From assembly GCF_006345805.1 (NCBI RefSeq), contig NC_042997.1, positions 32,984,001-33,048,000 on the forward strand: 64,000 bases of DNA. Reading direction: 5' to 3'. This document shows positions 63,687 to 64,000 of the stretch, piece by piece. Within the stretch, counting starts at the first letter, position 1; the number at the start of each line of letters is the position of its first letter. This DNA is from Octopus sinensis (lineage: Eukaryota). The notes beneath the pieces are model-generated. The model saw nothing but the letters and a program-made list of their open reading frames with translations, was not told where the DNA came from and ran no database searches. The position numbers were made by a program, and so were the translations under genes.

Positions 63687-64000
63687 GTGAGTTTGTATCT
63701 TGTTGTGGTCCCAAATTTTAATTTCATAGTTGCAGGAGTGGCTGTGTGGTAAGAAAAAGCTTGCTTCCTAACCACATAGTTCCGGTGTAGGATTTGTCAA
63801 TTATATAAACTAAGGTACTTTAACTGGTATTTTGTTTTATTGAGCTCAGAAGGATGAAAGGCAAAGTTGAACCAAGTTGAATTTGAACTTTTTGAATTGA
63901 TAGGAAATAATTCATGTCTATTGTCAGTTCTATTGTATCCAACCATTTTATACTATATTCTTCCCATGGTATATACCAACAGTGCTGAACACAGTGAAGG

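Overview
AT-rich, microsatellite- and retroposon-dense eukaryotic DNA. The repeat content suggests a cephalopod (octopus-like) genome; this is inference. The only complete gene is a two-exon AIFM1 (apoptosis-inducing factor 1, mitochondrial): CDS join(22785..23974,32221..33604), + strand, 857 aa, with one 8,246-bp phase-2 GT-AG intron. Its N-terminus is unusual. After a mitochondrial presequence comes a Deltameth_res/Prag01-type (COX7B-like, cytochrome c oxidase subunit) single-TM domain at aa 85-136. A ~240-aa acidic Pro/Ala/Glu repeat linker then joins it to the canonical FAD/NADH oxidoreductase and AIF C-terminal domains. This apparent complex IV subunit-AIF fusion is the main candidate novelty. 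The window also holds a probable terminal exon of an unidentified upstream gene (1273-1503, +). A chain of small + strand exons of an unidentified downstream gene runs from 44.9 to 63.7 kb, including a 21-nt microexon and an exon split by the 100-N gap. The rest is transposable elements: at least four tRNA-derived SINE families, RTE- and CR1-clade LINE 3' fragments, Helitrons and a decayed Helitron helicase, and piggyBac-, hAT- and Tc1/mariner-type MITEs. Several of these form nested insertions or long palindromes. No CRISPR, rRNA or genuine tRNA gene was seen. All homology statements come from remembered family motifs; no database search was run.
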